A stretch of DNA of 64,000 nucleotides from an uncultured Isosphaeraceae bacterium (GTDB lineage: Bacteria; Planctomycetota; Phycisphaerae; Phycisphaerales; SM1A02): NCBI GenBank assembly GCA_964592615.1, contig CAZQGB010000001.1:2422-66421 (forward strand). Reading direction: 5' to 3'. Both the position numbers and the translations under genes were made by a program. Numbering within the stretch: position 1 is the first letter of the stretch; every line of letters starts with the position of its first letter. This document shows, piece after piece, positions 26,913 to 36,782 of the stretch. The notes below the pieces were generated by a model. The model made no database searches and was not told the origin of the DNA. It saw only the letters and a list, made by a program, of their open reading frames with translations.

Positions 26913-27705
26913 CCTCTTGTGGGGTTAGATCTCTCCATTGCCCTGGACGGAGACCTTTTAGGGCGACTTCACCGATGTGCGTTCTACGCAGTCGTTTGAC
27001 TGGGTGACCAACTACAGCAAGCATCCTTCTAATTTGGCGATTTCTACCTTCTTTGAGAGTGAGTTTTAAAAGCGTTCGGTCGCGGTCGTGGCGAACAATT
27101 TCAATAGATTCGATGCTCGCTCGTTTCCCGCCTTTGCTCTTGTCGTGTTTGGTATGGGCATCAGCGAGATAAATACCCTTTTGAAGTTTCTTGAGTGTTT
27201 CCTCTGCAATTTTTCCTCTGACGGTGACTTCGTAGGTTTTACTCATCCCATGTTTTGGGTGGGTCAGTTCGTTCGCAAGGATATTATCATTCGTGAGAAG
27301 GAGTAATCCTTGGCTGTCCATATCTAAACGCCCAATAGGAAAAATTCTAGCGCCCGAAGTGTGAGAAACAATGTCTCCAATGCAAGGTCGACCTTCCGGA
27401 TCGTCCATCGTGCAAATAATTCCCCTTGGCTTGTAGTACATTAGGTAGACCGAGTCGGGATGCAAATTAAGTTTTTGGTCTACAACAGTGATTTTGTCAA
27501 CTTTTGGGTTCACCCACGCAGGAAGAAAATCAATTCGAATGCCGTTTACCTTAACTTTGCCGGCTTCAATCAATTCTTCACATTTTCGCCTTGATGCAAT
27601 CCCGCCAGCTGCCATCACGCGCTGTAGCCGCTCTCCGTGGGTTGAATCACGAAAAGGGGCGGTAGGATCATGATTTGGTGTCTTCTCGTTTGTATTCCAG
27701 CCCAT
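26878..27705 (-). CDS. rluB: 23S rRNA pseudouridine synthase, RsuA/RluB family (S4 + catalytic domain)
   Basis: S4 domain (ERLQRVMAAGGIASRRKCEELIEAGKVKVNG) and catalytic GRLDMDSQGLLLLTND. Confidence 0.85.
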   Translation of the reverse strand: MGWNTNEKTPNHDPTAPFRDSTHGERLQRVMAAGGIASRRKCEELIEAGKVKVNGIRIDFLPAWVNPKVDKITVVDQKLNLHPDSVYLMYYKPRGIICTMDDPEGRPCIGDIVSHTSGARIFPIGRLDMDSQGLLLLTNDNILANELTHPKHGMSKTYEVTVRGKIAEETLKKLQKGIYLADAHTKHDKSKGGKRASIESIEIVRHDRDRTLLKLTLKEGRNRQIRRMLAVVGHPVKRLRRTHIGEVALKGLRPGQWRDLTPQEVNVLQHSIRRS

Positions 27706-27726
27706 TTTGACTAGTCTACCCTATAT

Positions 27727-28674
27727 ATGAAAATAAAATCGATAGTAAATTGGTTGCGTTCAGCAATCGCTGACCCATTTGAAGAATTGACCCGATGGGA
27801 AAGAGTCGTTCGTTATATTTGGCAGGTTATTCGGCAAGGGGCTCGCCAACTATCGCAAGACCGTGCGAGCATGATGGCAGCATCATTAACATACAGGACG
27901 CTCTTTGGTTTACTTCCCGTGACCGTGGTAGGTGCAGGAGTTGCAAAAGCAATTATGGGGGTAGACCGATTCCAAGAATTTCTACATGATTCTATTGGAG
28001 CACTTGGTTTAAATGAGGTTCAACTTGAGATTTCAGAAAGTGGAACTGTTGTGACCCTTGGAAGTTGGCTCTCTGAGATTGTTTCAAGCGGAATGAATGT
28101 TAGTATTGCAGCACTAACATGGGTTGGATTACTTGTCTTGGTTTATTCTGCCATTACCTTGCTAGTAGATATTGAGACCTGTTTCAACATCATTTGCAGA
28201 GCAAAACGAGGAAGAACATGGATGAGAAGATTGCCTTTGTATTGGTTTGTACTGACCTTTGGGCCAGTTCTTCTCGCTCTTGCTTTTTGGCTCAATAGCC
28301 AAATCGATTCCATGCTATCTTCGCTTGTAGTATGGGATTCGTTGCAATGGGGACTTGAAAACATTTTTGATTTCCTCCTCACTTGGCTTGCAGTCCTCTT
28401 CTTGTACAAGATGGTACCCACTATAAAGATGGACCTTAAACCCTCACTTATTGGCGCGTTGATTGCCACGATTCTTCTCCTTGTGGGTAAGGGAACCCTC
28501 GGGCTATATGTCGACAACGCCTTATCACTGCGGCATATGTATGGTTCCTTGGGGCTTGTCCCGGTCTTTATGTTTTGGCTCTACTTAATGTGGCTCTTCA
28601 TTTTGCTTGGTTTGCAGGTAACTGCAATCCTTCAACAAGTATCCACTTATGAGCCAGAATTGCAGGACCGATAA
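27727..28674 (+). CDS. YihY/BrkB family membrane protein
   Basis: AASLTYRTLFGLLP motif and multi-TM profile typical of the family. Confidence 0.8.
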   Translation: MKIKSIVNWLRSAIADPFEELTRWERVVRYIWQVIRQGARQLSQDRASMMAASLTYRTLFGLLPVTVVGAGVAKAIMGVDRFQEFLHDSIGALGLNEVQLEISESGTVVTLGSWLSEIVSSGMNVSIAALTWVGLLVLVYSAITLLVDIETCFNIICRAKRGRTWMRRLPLYWFVLTFGPVLLALAFWLNSQIDSMLSSLVVWDSLQWGLENIFDFLLTWLAVLFLYKMVPTIKMDLKPSLIGALIATILLLVGKGTLGLYVDNALSLRHMYGSLGLVPVFMFWLYLMWLFILLGLQVTAILQQVSTYEPELQDR

Positions 28675-28751
28675 GCAATAAATACAAAAAATGTTGAAAG
28701 GATGGGTTTTTGTAGCGGTTTTCATTGAGTATACAAAAGTGGAGCCCAGCA

Positions 28752-29159
28752 ATGACCGAAAAAACACCCATGAACAGAACATCCCACAATAACGGAACAA
28801 ACAGTAGACGATCACTATTCGTCGATATTTCCTTTTCAAAAGGTGTGCTTAGCGCCTGCATCGTTGGTCCGAGAGTTGGCGAACGAGAAGCTCCAGTTAT
28901 TGCAAATGCAATAAACACACAGTTGAAGAAATATGGGAAGAAAGTTTCTTCTATGATTCTTGATTTCAACGAAGTTCAATTTATCTCAAGTTTAGGGCTT
29001 GGGATGTGTATTGAAGTTCGAAATACAGCCGAGCAATTCGAAGCACCCACAACGATTGCTGGGTTGACATGTAATTTGAACGAACTCTTCCAAATGATGA
29101 GACTTGATCGCCTCTTTACAATTGAGCCAAACACCGCAAAATATGGCTCGGCTGCATAA
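28752..29159 (+). CDS. STAS-domain anti-sigma-factor antagonist-like protein
   Basis: ILDFNEVQFISSLGLGMCIEV...LFQMMRLDRLFTI resembles SpoIIAA/RsbV. GGAG 7 nt upstream of ATG 28752; the ORF is open from TTG 28725. Confidence 0.7.
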   Translation: MTEKTPMNRTSHNNGTNSRRSLFVDISFSKGVLSACIVGPRVGEREAPVIANAINTQLKKYGKKVSSMILDFNEVQFISSLGLGMCIEVRNTAEQFEAPTTIAGLTCNLNELFQMMRLDRLFTIEPNTAKYGSAA

Positions 29160-29199
29160 GCGGTTCGAGTGATGAATCAGTACTTTTACTTTATACGAG

Positions 29200-29233
29200 A
29201 CCTGTCGCATTTGCCCCGAGAAGTGCGACAGGT
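29200..29233 (+). terminator. strong hairpin between the STAS gene and nuoB (terminator or nuoB leader structure)
   Basis: ACCTGTCGCA (29200-29209) and TGCGACAGGT (29224-29233) form a perfect 10-bp stem with a 14-nt loop, followed by TGTATTATGT. Confidence 0.35.
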
Positions 29234-29250
29234 TGTATTATGTACAGAGC

Positions 29251-29817
29251 ATGGGACTCGAAGAAGCAATTCCTGTAGATGGTTATTTGACTACGCAAAT
29301 GAGCAGAGTAATCAATTGGGCAAGACGCTCAAGTGTTTGGCCAATGCCTTTTGCTACGGCTTGTTGTGGAATCGAATTAATGGCGACTGCATCAAGCCGT
29401 TACGATTTAGCAAGATTCGGAGCCGAAGTATTTCGATTCAGCCCACGCCAAGCAGATTTGATGATTGTCGCTGGTCGCATTTCAACAAAAATGATGCCCG
29501 TACTCCAGCGGGTGTATATCCAAATGACCGAGCCAAAATGGGTTATTTCCATGGGTGCCTGCGCTTCTACTGGCGGTGTCTTCGATACCTATGCAGTCGT
29601 TCCTGGGATCGATCAGTTTATGCCTGTCGATATTTATGTGCCTGGATGTCCGCCTCGCCCAGAGATGCTTATCGAGGGAATCATGGCTATTCAGAAGATT
29701 ATCGACGAGGACAACATCCCCTACGATGCAGATGGGAAACGAATGCCACTTGGAATAAATCTAACGGCACCAACATCAAACGCGGTGGATATTACAATCA
29801 ACGCATCCGCCTCATGA
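29251..29817 (+). CDS. nuoB: NADH-quinone oxidoreductase subunit B (20-kDa, N2 cluster)
   Basis: [29 protein letters not shown] and PGCPPRPE cluster-ligand motifs. ATG 29251 preferred over TTG 29233. Confidence 0.9.
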   Translation: MGLEEAIPVDGYLTTQMSRVINWARRSSVWPMPFATACCGIELMATASSRYDLARFGAEVFRFSPRQADLMIVAGRISTKMMPVLQRVYIQMTEPKWVISMGACASTGGVFDTYAVVPGIDQFMPVDIYVPGCPPRPEMLIEGIMAIQKIIDEDNIPYDADGKRMPLGINLTAPTSNAVDITINASAS

Positions 29818-29857
29818 CACAAACAGATTTAATATTTAATGCGTTAGGAAAGATGTA

Positions 29858-30490
29858 ATGCAAAACGTATTGTCTATTGATGAAAAAGTGCTCGTCTTAA
29901 ATAGGGGATATTCTGCTATTCGAGTAATTCCTGCAAGAAGAGCTTTTACTTTGCTTTGCAGGGAAGCTGCGGAGATTGTTTCAATCGAGGATGGCCATTA
30001 TATAAACTATGGTTTGCATGATTGGATGGATGTTGCTGCTCTTCAAAAACAGTTTGAGCCAGACAAACATCGTTGGATTAAATTGCCAACCTTCGAAGTT
30101 GCTGTGCCAAAAATTGTTAGGTTGCTAATGTACGACACATTTATTAAACCCGAAGTTCGACTTACACGTCGTAATTTATATGCTCGGGATAAGAACAAAT
30201 GTCAGTATTGTGGGAAGCGTTTTTCTGCAACAGATTTGACACTTGACCATATTGTTCCGCGAGTTCAAGGTGGGGGAAATTCTTGGGTGAATCTTGTGTG
30301 CGCTTGCCTACGATGTAACACCAAAAAGGGCGGGCGAACGCCAAAGCAAGCTAATATGCGTCTCATACGTAAACCCTTTAAGCCAGCGAAGTGTGAATCT
30401 CAAAGAGTCAGGGTAGGTCACTCTCAATATGAGTCTTGGAAATCATTCCTCAACAATGCATACTGGTCAGTTGAACTGATTGATTCTTAG
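29858..30490 (+). CDS. HNH endonuclease family protein
   Basis: CQYCG...DHIVPRVQGGGNSWVNLVCACLRCNTKKG is a complete HNH/zinc motif. Confidence 0.8.
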   Translation: MQNVLSIDEKVLVLNRGYSAIRVIPARRAFTLLCREAAEIVSIEDGHYINYGLHDWMDVAALQKQFEPDKHRWIKLPTFEVAVPKIVRLLMYDTFIKPEVRLTRRNLYARDKNKCQYCGKRFSATDLTLDHIVPRVQGGGNSWVNLVCACLRCNTKKGGRTPKQANMRLIRKPFKPAKCESQRVRVGHSQYESWKSFLNNAYWSVELIDS

Positions 30491-30507
30491 TTTTAAGAAT
30501 CTTGAAG

Positions 30508-32088
30508 TCAATGTCGAAATCGTCGAGTGCCAGTGTGGAGCAAAGAAACATCTCTGGAATTACACAACTCAATAGTTTCTTGATCACGGACGCTTCCTCC
30601 TGGCTGAACGATACAAGTCACGCCCGCATCGATGAGCAACTCAGGACCATCTGAAAAGGGGAAGAATGCGTCTGAACCCGCCACGGGCGAAGTTGCTGTT
30701 GTAAGTAGTTCTCCCGCTCGTTCGATGGCTACTTTCGCTGCAGACACTCTGTCGACTTGTCCCATGCCGCCACCTATGAGCGAACATTGATCGACAATAG
30801 AGATTGAGTTGGATTTGAGATGACCACATGCAATCCAAGCAAGAGTTGCATCTTGGAGTTGGGTTGTGCTTGGGTTAGGACCTGCTACATGCTCCCAATT
30901 ATTTGGATCTGCTTGAACTGGTTGTAACTCTTGGATAAGAATGCCACCTTCGACTGAGCGAAGTTGCTGCCAAGCTTGTTGCCTTGGTTCATCGCCAATT
31001 GCAAGTAGACGGATATTTTTCCACCGCGATGAGAGGATATCAATGCCTTCTTCTGTAAAAGACGTTGCAACAATGACCTCAAGAAATTTTTCCCCGTGAG
31101 CGATTGTCCTTGCCAGAGAAGCGTCAACGCGTCCGCTGAGTGAAACAATGCCACCAAAGGCAGCCAATGGGTCGCATTTCCAAGCATTTGAAAATGCCTC
31201 AGAAATGGACTCGTGAACAGCAGCCCCGCATGGATTAGCATGTTTGATAATCGCTGCTGATGGAAGATTCATCGCTACTTGGAGATCTTGGACAAGTTCC
31301 AGTGCAGCTGCTGCATCCATTAGATTGTTGTAACTCAACGGTTTTCCAGCGACAACCGACGCAGTAACTACACTTGGTCCTTGGAATTGTGGATCCTTGT
31401 ATACAGCTGCTGCTTGATCTGGGTTTTCACCATATCGAAGGGTTTGTTCTAGTGTGCCCGTCAGGTGGAGTTGTGGGGGGAAGCCCAAGGTTGATCCTTC
31501 CATCCATTGGTTAATTGTGGCGTCGTACGATGCAGTTCGTGCAAAAGCTTCTCGTGCAAGATCTGATCGAAGTTCGTAAGTTGTTTCCCCTTGATGAGTT
31601 TCTAAGTCAGCAAGAACCAGCTCATATTGTTTTGGATTTGTGATGACTGTCACATAGTTGTGATTCTTCGCTGCTGAACGAATCATTGCTGGTCCACCGA
31701 TGTCTATTTGCTCAATCACTTCTTCATCTGATACATTCGATTTTGTAATTGTTTTTTCAAACGGATAGAGGTCTATGCAGATTAAGTCAATTGGCTCAAT
31801 TGAATGTTCTTCCATAGCAGAAATATGAGAAGGTTCATCCCTCACTCCTAGGAGTGCTCCATGAACTGCAGGGTGCAGGGTTTTTACTCTGCCATCAAGC
31901 ATTTCTGGAAACCCTGTTATGGAAGAAATATCGAGAACTTGTAGGCCTGCTTCCTGTAATCTTTTTGCAGTTCCACCAGTTGATACGATTTCGATATTAT
32001 GAGAAGCAAGAGATTGTGCGAAAGAAACGATTCCAGACTTATCGCTAACCGAAATCAGAGCCCGACGAATTGGGATATTACCTCGCAT
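30508..32088 (-). CDS. purH: bifunctional AICAR transformylase / IMP cyclohydrolase
   Basis: RALISVSDKSGIV...STGGTAK...GRVKTLHP MGS-like N-terminus and conserved AICARFT C-terminus. Confidence 0.95.
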   Translation of the reverse strand: MRGNIPIRRALISVSDKSGIVSFAQSLASHNIEIVSTGGTAKRLQEAGLQVLDISSITGFPEMLDGRVKTLHPAVHGALLGVRDEPSHISAMEEHSIEPIDLICIDLYPFEKTITKSNVSDEEVIEQIDIGGPAMIRSAAKNHNYVTVITNPKQYELVLADLETHQGETTYELRSDLAREAFARTASYDATINQWMEGSTLGFPPQLHLTGTLEQTLRYGENPDQAAAVYKDPQFQGPSVVTASVVAGKPLSYNNLMDAAAALELVQDLQVAMNLPSAAIIKHANPCGAAVHESISEAFSNAWKCDPLAAFGGIVSLSGRVDASLARTIAHGEKFLEVIVATSFTEEGIDILSSRWKNIRLLAIGDEPRQQAWQQLRSVEGGILIQELQPVQADPNNWEHVAGPNPSTTQLQDATLAWIACGHLKSNSISIVDQCSLIGGGMGQVDRVSAAKVAIERAGELLTTATSPVAGSDAFFPFSDGPELLIDAGVTCIVQPGGSVRDQETIELCNSRDVSLLHTGTRRFRH

Positions 32089-32090
32089 GT

Positions 32091-33329
32091 TTATTGCCTT
32101 GGTACAAGGCGAAAGAGTACATCATCATTTCTTAAAATGAACAAGGAGCCATCCGTGGGATTGTCAGCGATAACGGTTTTTGCGTCAGGAATTGGCAGAG
32201 TAGAAACAACGCCACCTTTTCGAGGGTCGACAATTTGTACAATGGAATGCTCTTGGTCCCAACACACTAATTTTCCGTCTTTTGTAGTCGTAATGACGTT
32301 CCCAAAAACATCATCTGCAAGCCATTCCTGTTTTCCAGATAGAAGTCCAGGAAAGGCATCATAGGAAGCGAGACCGCTATTGGGTATACGTTGATAGACA
32401 CGGTCTTCGAGGAAAACTGGGGAGTCAGTAAGTTTCGCTGATGTCAATATGTTCCATCTGCGTTTGCCAGTGTTCAGGTCTACTGCGCGGAGGTACTGAT
32501 CCGTGCCGGCGATAAAGGCAGAAGTTCGTCTCAACTTTTCGTCGTGCATACTTTTTGAGTTAGTTCCATATGCAATTGGAGCAATAACTGGGCTTGTTAT
32601 CTGAAGTGACCATAAGCGACTTGCTGATTTTAAATCGACACCTGCTACTTGACCATCTGTTGAAGCTGCGAGTATTGCCGACTGTTCATTCTCCTGGGTA
32701 CCTCTCATTCCTGAGCCAAGAGTAAGTGGAGTCTGAATTGAGGAGCCAACATTGTATCTTTGAACATCAAATCCAATAGCTGGGTTAAACCAAACAAGAT
32801 CTCCGCCAGTTGAGCCATACACAAACAGAAAGTCGTTGGTTGTTATAGAAGGTGTGTTAGCGTTCCATTTAAGTGGCAATACCTGGCGTTTTTCTGTAAC
32901 TACTCCGCTGCCGGTATTGTCTTGAATTGGATAGTTGCCTGTTGCTTTTTCAACAACATATATGGCGCCATCTGAAATGATATAGATACGATTATCAGTA
33001 GTAGATTCTGAAATGCCGTGAATTTCAAAGACGTGATTACCTATAGCGGTAGCCCACAGCCACTTGCCGGATCTACTGTTATATCTGATAAGAAAATCGT
33101 CATTGTCAATGACATAAAGAGAATCATCTACGAGTGTTAAAAGGTGCAATCCTTTCGAGTTTGATTGGGTCATCCAATCAATACGAAACCCTGATTTTTG
33201 TAAGGCATCAAGAGAAATACCTGCAACTTGCTTAGATTGGTCAGCGTTTGCGAATAACGAACTGAGCAAAAAGGTAAGTGAAACAATTGAAGTGGTGGTA
33301 AAAGTACGAATAAACGATATCTTGAGCAT
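32091..33329 (-). CDS. PQQ-like/BamB-like beta-propeller protein with signal peptide
   Basis: Signal peptide, repeated W-containing blade motifs (GKWLWAT, RLWSLQ, KRRWNIL); about 400 aa, the size of BamB-type 8-bladed propellers. Confidence 0.5.
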   Translation of the reverse strand: MLKISFIRTFTTTSIVSLTFLLSSLFANADQSKQVAGISLDALQKSGFRIDWMTQSNSKGLHLLTLVDDSLYVIDNDDFLIRYNSRSGKWLWATAIGNHVFEIHGISESTTDNRIYIISDGAIYVVEKATGNYPIQDNTGSGVVTEKRQVLPLKWNANTPSITTNDFLFVYGSTGGDLVWFNPAIGFDVQRYNVGSSIQTPLTLGSGMRGTQENEQSAILAASTDGQVAGVDLKSASRLWSLQITSPVIAPIAYGTNSKSMHDEKLRRTSAFIAGTDQYLRAVDLNTGKRRWNILTSAKLTDSPVFLEDRVYQRIPNSGLASYDAFPGLLSGKQEWLADDVFGNVITTTKDGKLVCWDQEHSIVQIVDPRKGGVVSTLPIPDAKTVIADNPTDGSLFILRNDDVLFRLVPRQ

Positions 33330-33434
33330 ACATTGACTCCTAAGAATGTAAAGTTTACAAAGTTACGCTCAAAGATGAGACAAACTTATGGAAGAAGTTG
33401 GCAAACACTGCCAGTTAGGAATTAGGTGAATGTG

Positions 33435-34049
33435 ATGTTTACAGGCTTGATTGAAACAGTTGGAGTGGTTCAGGGCCTTCAGGAGAAGGAATTCGGCCTA
33501 CATCTGACCATAAGATGCCCACAGTGGGCAGACTTACCTGAAATTGGAGCGTCAATTTCTACTTTGGGCTGTTGTCTTACAGTTGTGCATGCTTCAAAGG
33601 AGCAAGAAGGGATTGTTCTAGCATTTGATGTTGTACATGAATCTCTGCAGTGCACAACGCTTGGATCTCTTCGAGTTGGGGATTCGGTCAATCTAGAGCA
33701 AGCTTTACGCTCAGATTCTCGAATGGGGGGGCATTTCGTGCAAGGGCATATCGATTGTGTCGAGCATGTTTTGCAGTCTGAATTACTTGAGGAAGGCGAA
33801 TGCCGAATCCGAGTGAGCATGGATGAAGTAGATCGCGATACGGTTGTGCCAAAAGGCTCGATTACAATTGAAGGCGTTTCCCTAACAATTGCGAAAGTAG
33901 ATAAAAAATGGTTTGAAGTGGTCCTAATTCCAACAACACTTCAAGAGACTACTTTAGGTAATCTTGCTCAGGGTGATACGGTCAATATTGAAACAGATAT
34001 TTTGGCAAAAACTGTTGTTCAAGTAGTTCGCCGGATGCAAGTTAATTAA
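33435..34049 (+). CDS. ribE: riboflavin synthase (alpha chain)
   Basis: MFTGLIETVG start and the duplicated lumazine-binding repeat (...GCCLTV..., ...GVSLTI...). Confidence 0.9.
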   Translation: MFTGLIETVGVVQGLQEKEFGLHLTIRCPQWADLPEIGASISTLGCCLTVVHASKEQEGIVLAFDVVHESLQCTTLGSLRVGDSVNLEQALRSDSRMGGHFVQGHIDCVEHVLQSELLEEGECRIRVSMDEVDRDTVVPKGSITIEGVSLTIAKVDKKWFEVVLIPTTLQETTLGNLAQGDTVNIETDILAKTVVQVVRRMQVN

Positions 34050-35251
34050 GCTGCAAGCCCAATTTCAGGAGCGACAGTTGTTGCTCGCATGCTAATCATC
34101 GTTAAATCATCCGCAAAATTGTCTTTTGCTTGATTTAGGAAAGCGTTAATGTCTTTCAATACATCTTCGTTAGTATTGTCGCAAAATGTATGTAACGCTT
34201 GAAGATGAGATGGGAGGTTCTGGTTAGAGCCAGTCTTTTCCCCAAGTACGTCCTCAAAACCGTCAGAGTACATGAGTAGAGTGTCTCCTGTAGAAAACTT
34301 CAAGGTGTGTTGAGGAAATGCGTCTTGTTCAAAGATTCCAAGAAGTGGACCTTCCGATTCTAATAAGATTGGGCTCTGCCCAATTCGGCGTAACAATGCA
34401 GGTGGATGTCCAGCACCAGCATAAGTCATCGTATTAGTTTTGCAATTAATTATGGTGTACGCAGCGGTAGCAAATCGTGCAGCAATTCCTGTTCGTTGGA
34501 GGAGTGCAGCATTGAGTGATCTTAAAACTTCGCTAGGTTCTGAAAACTGCCCTGTTTTTGAATCGAATCGGTTCGCTGCAAGTGTCCGTGTCAACATCAT
34601 TGCGAGCATAGCAGCGGTGATTCCATGACCAATTGCATCAGCAATAAAAAGTGCCACATGATCATCATCGAGTTGGGTTATGTCGTACATGTCTCCACTG
34701 ACAACATTTGCTGGTCGCCAGATAGAAGAGAAAGAAATGCCATGTACATCGTTAATGTCCGTTGACATAAATTCTTGTTGCACTGTTGCAGCAGTTTCTA
34801 ATTCGCCTTGTAGTTCAGAGACGTCTTCTTGTAAACCTTCGTGCATGGTTTGGACTAGTCCCATCTTGCTTCGAAGTGTAGAGACCTGCTCATTTCTACT
34901 GAGTAGTCCAAATAAAACACCAGAGATCGTATAAGCATTTGCGTCGTTTGCAAGTTTACATATTCCAAGTTTTGTAATGATGTCATGCAAGTCGCCAAAA
35001 TCATCACAGCACACTATCGTTGGAACATTTTGCGATTGGAGTTCAAGTAATGTTGGCAATAGAGACAGCAATTCGGTGTACTCGTTAGCAATGAACAGTG
35101 CAGCATCAGCTTGAACACCTTTAGTTGTGAATGTAGGGGGTAACCCTTCAGGCCAGTTGCACATCAAATCGTTCATAACAGATTCTAAAGAATCATATGT
35201 TTGCTCAGAGGAGGTAATAAAAATGGATGGTCTAATTGTCATAAAACACAA
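34046..35251 (-). CDS. PP2C/SpoIIE-family serine phosphatase with N-terminal receiver-like domain (RsbU-like)
   Basis: SGDMYDI, ADAIGHGITAAM, YAGAGHPP and MYSDGF motifs of the SpoIIE/PP2C fold in the C-terminal 230 aa. Confidence 0.8.
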   Translation of the reverse strand: MCFMTIRPSIFITSSEQTYDSLESVMNDLMCNWPEGLPPTFTTKGVQADAALFIANEYTELLSLLPTLLELQSQNVPTIVCCDDFGDLHDIITKLGICKLANDANAYTISGVLFGLLSRNEQVSTLRSKMGLVQTMHEGLQEDVSELQGELETAATVQQEFMSTDINDVHGISFSSIWRPANVVSGDMYDITQLDDDHVALFIADAIGHGITAAMLAMMLTRTLAANRFDSKTGQFSEPSEVLRSLNAALLQRTGIAARFATAAYTIINCKTNTMTYAGAGHPPALLRRIGQSPILLESEGPLLGIFEQDAFPQHTLKFSTGDTLLMYSDGFEDVLGEKTGSNQNLPSHLQALHTFCDNTNEDVLKDINAFLNQAKDNFADDLTMISMRATTVAPEIGLAA

Positions 35252-35379
35252 TGTGTGCTTTGAGAAAACAGTTCAAGCACATAACCTTTCATCGGAAGCG
35301 CCAGCATCTTGATGAAGTGCGTCAAATCAGATTGATAGTTTTTTTGTTGAATAAAGAGGAAAAACCGAGAAGGCGATAC

Positions 35380-35871
35380 TTATCGGGCCATGGATTTTAG
35401 CTGGTTCAAATCCAATTTGATGATGTCATTAACTCGTAATTTAAGTCTTTTGATAGAACCTGCGGCTAGTTCTATGGCAAAGCGTGAGGGACCTCTGGAC
35501 CAATAGTTGGTCAATCTTCCTTCGTAGTCCCATGAAGACTCTTGAGCTCCTTGCGGTGGCTCCACGGTCATTTCGTGGAGTGCAGTAATTGTCCCTCTGG
35601 AATCTAAGAAAATAAGGTCGATATCAACGAGGCAACTCTTCATCCAAAAAGAACGGTTGCTCGACTCAGTAAAAACAAAAAGCATCCCGCCATCTTTTGG
35701 AACAGAAGTTCGGTTCATTAATCCATTTGCTCTTGAGCTTTGGTCAAGGACAAGTTCTAATTTGAAGGTCTCACCACCGATATCGACTACAGTTGAAGTT
35801 ACTTGGGTCCTAGATGAGCATCCCTGTGCAAAAATTGCAATGCATAAGAGAATCGTTAATCGAGTAACCAT
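35380..35871 (-). CDS. DUF192-family lipoprotein
   Basis: Lipobox FAQGC. GLMNRTSVPKDGGMLFVF...IDLIFLDSRG pattern of DUF192. Confidence 0.7.
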   Translation of the reverse strand: MVTRLTILLCIAIFAQGCSSRTQVTSTVVDIGGETFKLELVLDQSSRANGLMNRTSVPKDGGMLFVFTESSNRSFWMKSCLVDIDLIFLDSRGTITALHEMTVEPPQGAQESSWDYEGRLTNYWSRGPSRFAIELAAGSIKRLKLRVNDIIKLDLNQLKSMAR

Positions 35872-36782
35872 GTTTCATCTTCTTTTGTAAACACAATATT
35901 ATTTGGTTGCAATTTGTTGAGATTAAATGAGTGTAAGAATTTTTCTAGTGACATTGGTATTCTGTCCCTTTGGGCGTGTACCCACGTGGCGATGAGTCCT
36001 ATGATACGCTCTGGTGATACGCCAAGGGAACGATAAGTTGAAATTCTAGAGTCCCCATGACGTTTTGCTAGTCTTTTTCCATCGTCTCCAATAATTAACG
36101 GAAGGTGAATCCAATTAGGCGTTTCCCAACCCATTGCCTCAAACAGGAGCTCTTGCCAGGCGGCTGACTGCAAGAGGTCATTCCCTCTGATGACGTGTGT
36201 GATGTGTTGATGATGATCATCGGCTACTACTGCGAGTTGATAAGTTGGAGAGTTGTCTTTTGTCCAAATGACAAAATCGTGAGAAGTGTCGCAAATTTGT
36301 GGACCATAAAGCTCATCGTGCACAACATGCGTTACCCGCTCAGAAACAAATCTCCAATTAGTTTGGATATTGGGCAATGCGGAATTATGAAGCCTCACGT
36401 TTGCTGGTCTATAGATTGGATCTTTGCTAGAAAATGTTTCGTGAGGAGCGGACAAAACAGTATCGAGCTCCTTTCTAGTTAGTGAGCAGTGGTACGCTAG
36501 GTCCCTTTCTATAAGAGTATTTAGCATCTCTTGATGCGTGTCTATTCTCTCTGATTGAATAACCATTTCACCGTCCCAATCAATCCCAATCCAACGAAAA
36601 ATGTCGATAGATTCATCGATTGCATTTGATTTTTTTCGCGGTCCGTCAATATCTTCCATTCGAAATACGATTTCCCAATTTCGCTGCTTGGCAATCACCC
36701 AGTTCAGAAGAAAAGTGCAAATATTTCCTATATGTAGAGAGCCGGTAGGGGACGGGGCGAGTCTTGTTATAGGTGAGGTCAC
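35856..36782 (-). CDS. gluQ: tRNA glutamyl-Q(34) synthetase (GluRS paralogue)
   Basis: RLAPSPTGSLHIGN (HIGH) and KRLAKRHG (KMSKS-like). About 300 aa with no anticodon-binding domain. Confidence 0.85.
   Translation of the reverse strand: MTSPITRLAPSPTGSLHIGNICTFLLNWVIAKQRNWEIVFRMEDIDGPRKKSNAIDESIDIFRWIGIDWDGEMVIQSERIDTHQEMLNTLIERDLAYHCSLTRKELDTVLSAPHETFSSKDPIYRPANVRLHNSALPNIQTNWRFVSERVTHVVHDELYGPQICDTSHDFVIWTKDNSPTYQLAVVADDHHQHITHVIRGNDLLQSAAWQELLFEAMGWETPNWIHLPLIIGDDGKRLAKRHGDSRISTYRSLGVSPERIIGLIATWVHAQRDRIPMSLEKFLHSFNLNKLQPNNIVFTKEDETWLLD

Noticed and set aside
29169-29858. 229-aa ORF overlapping nuoB in another frame
   Set aside because: nuoB in the other frame has all the Fe-S ligand motifs. 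This ORF is Arg/Cys/Trp-rich with no motif, so it is spurious.
33330-33434. FMN (RFN) riboswitch upstream of riboflavin synthase
   Set aside because: The intergenic region is too short (about 100 nt) and lacks the conserved RFN core.
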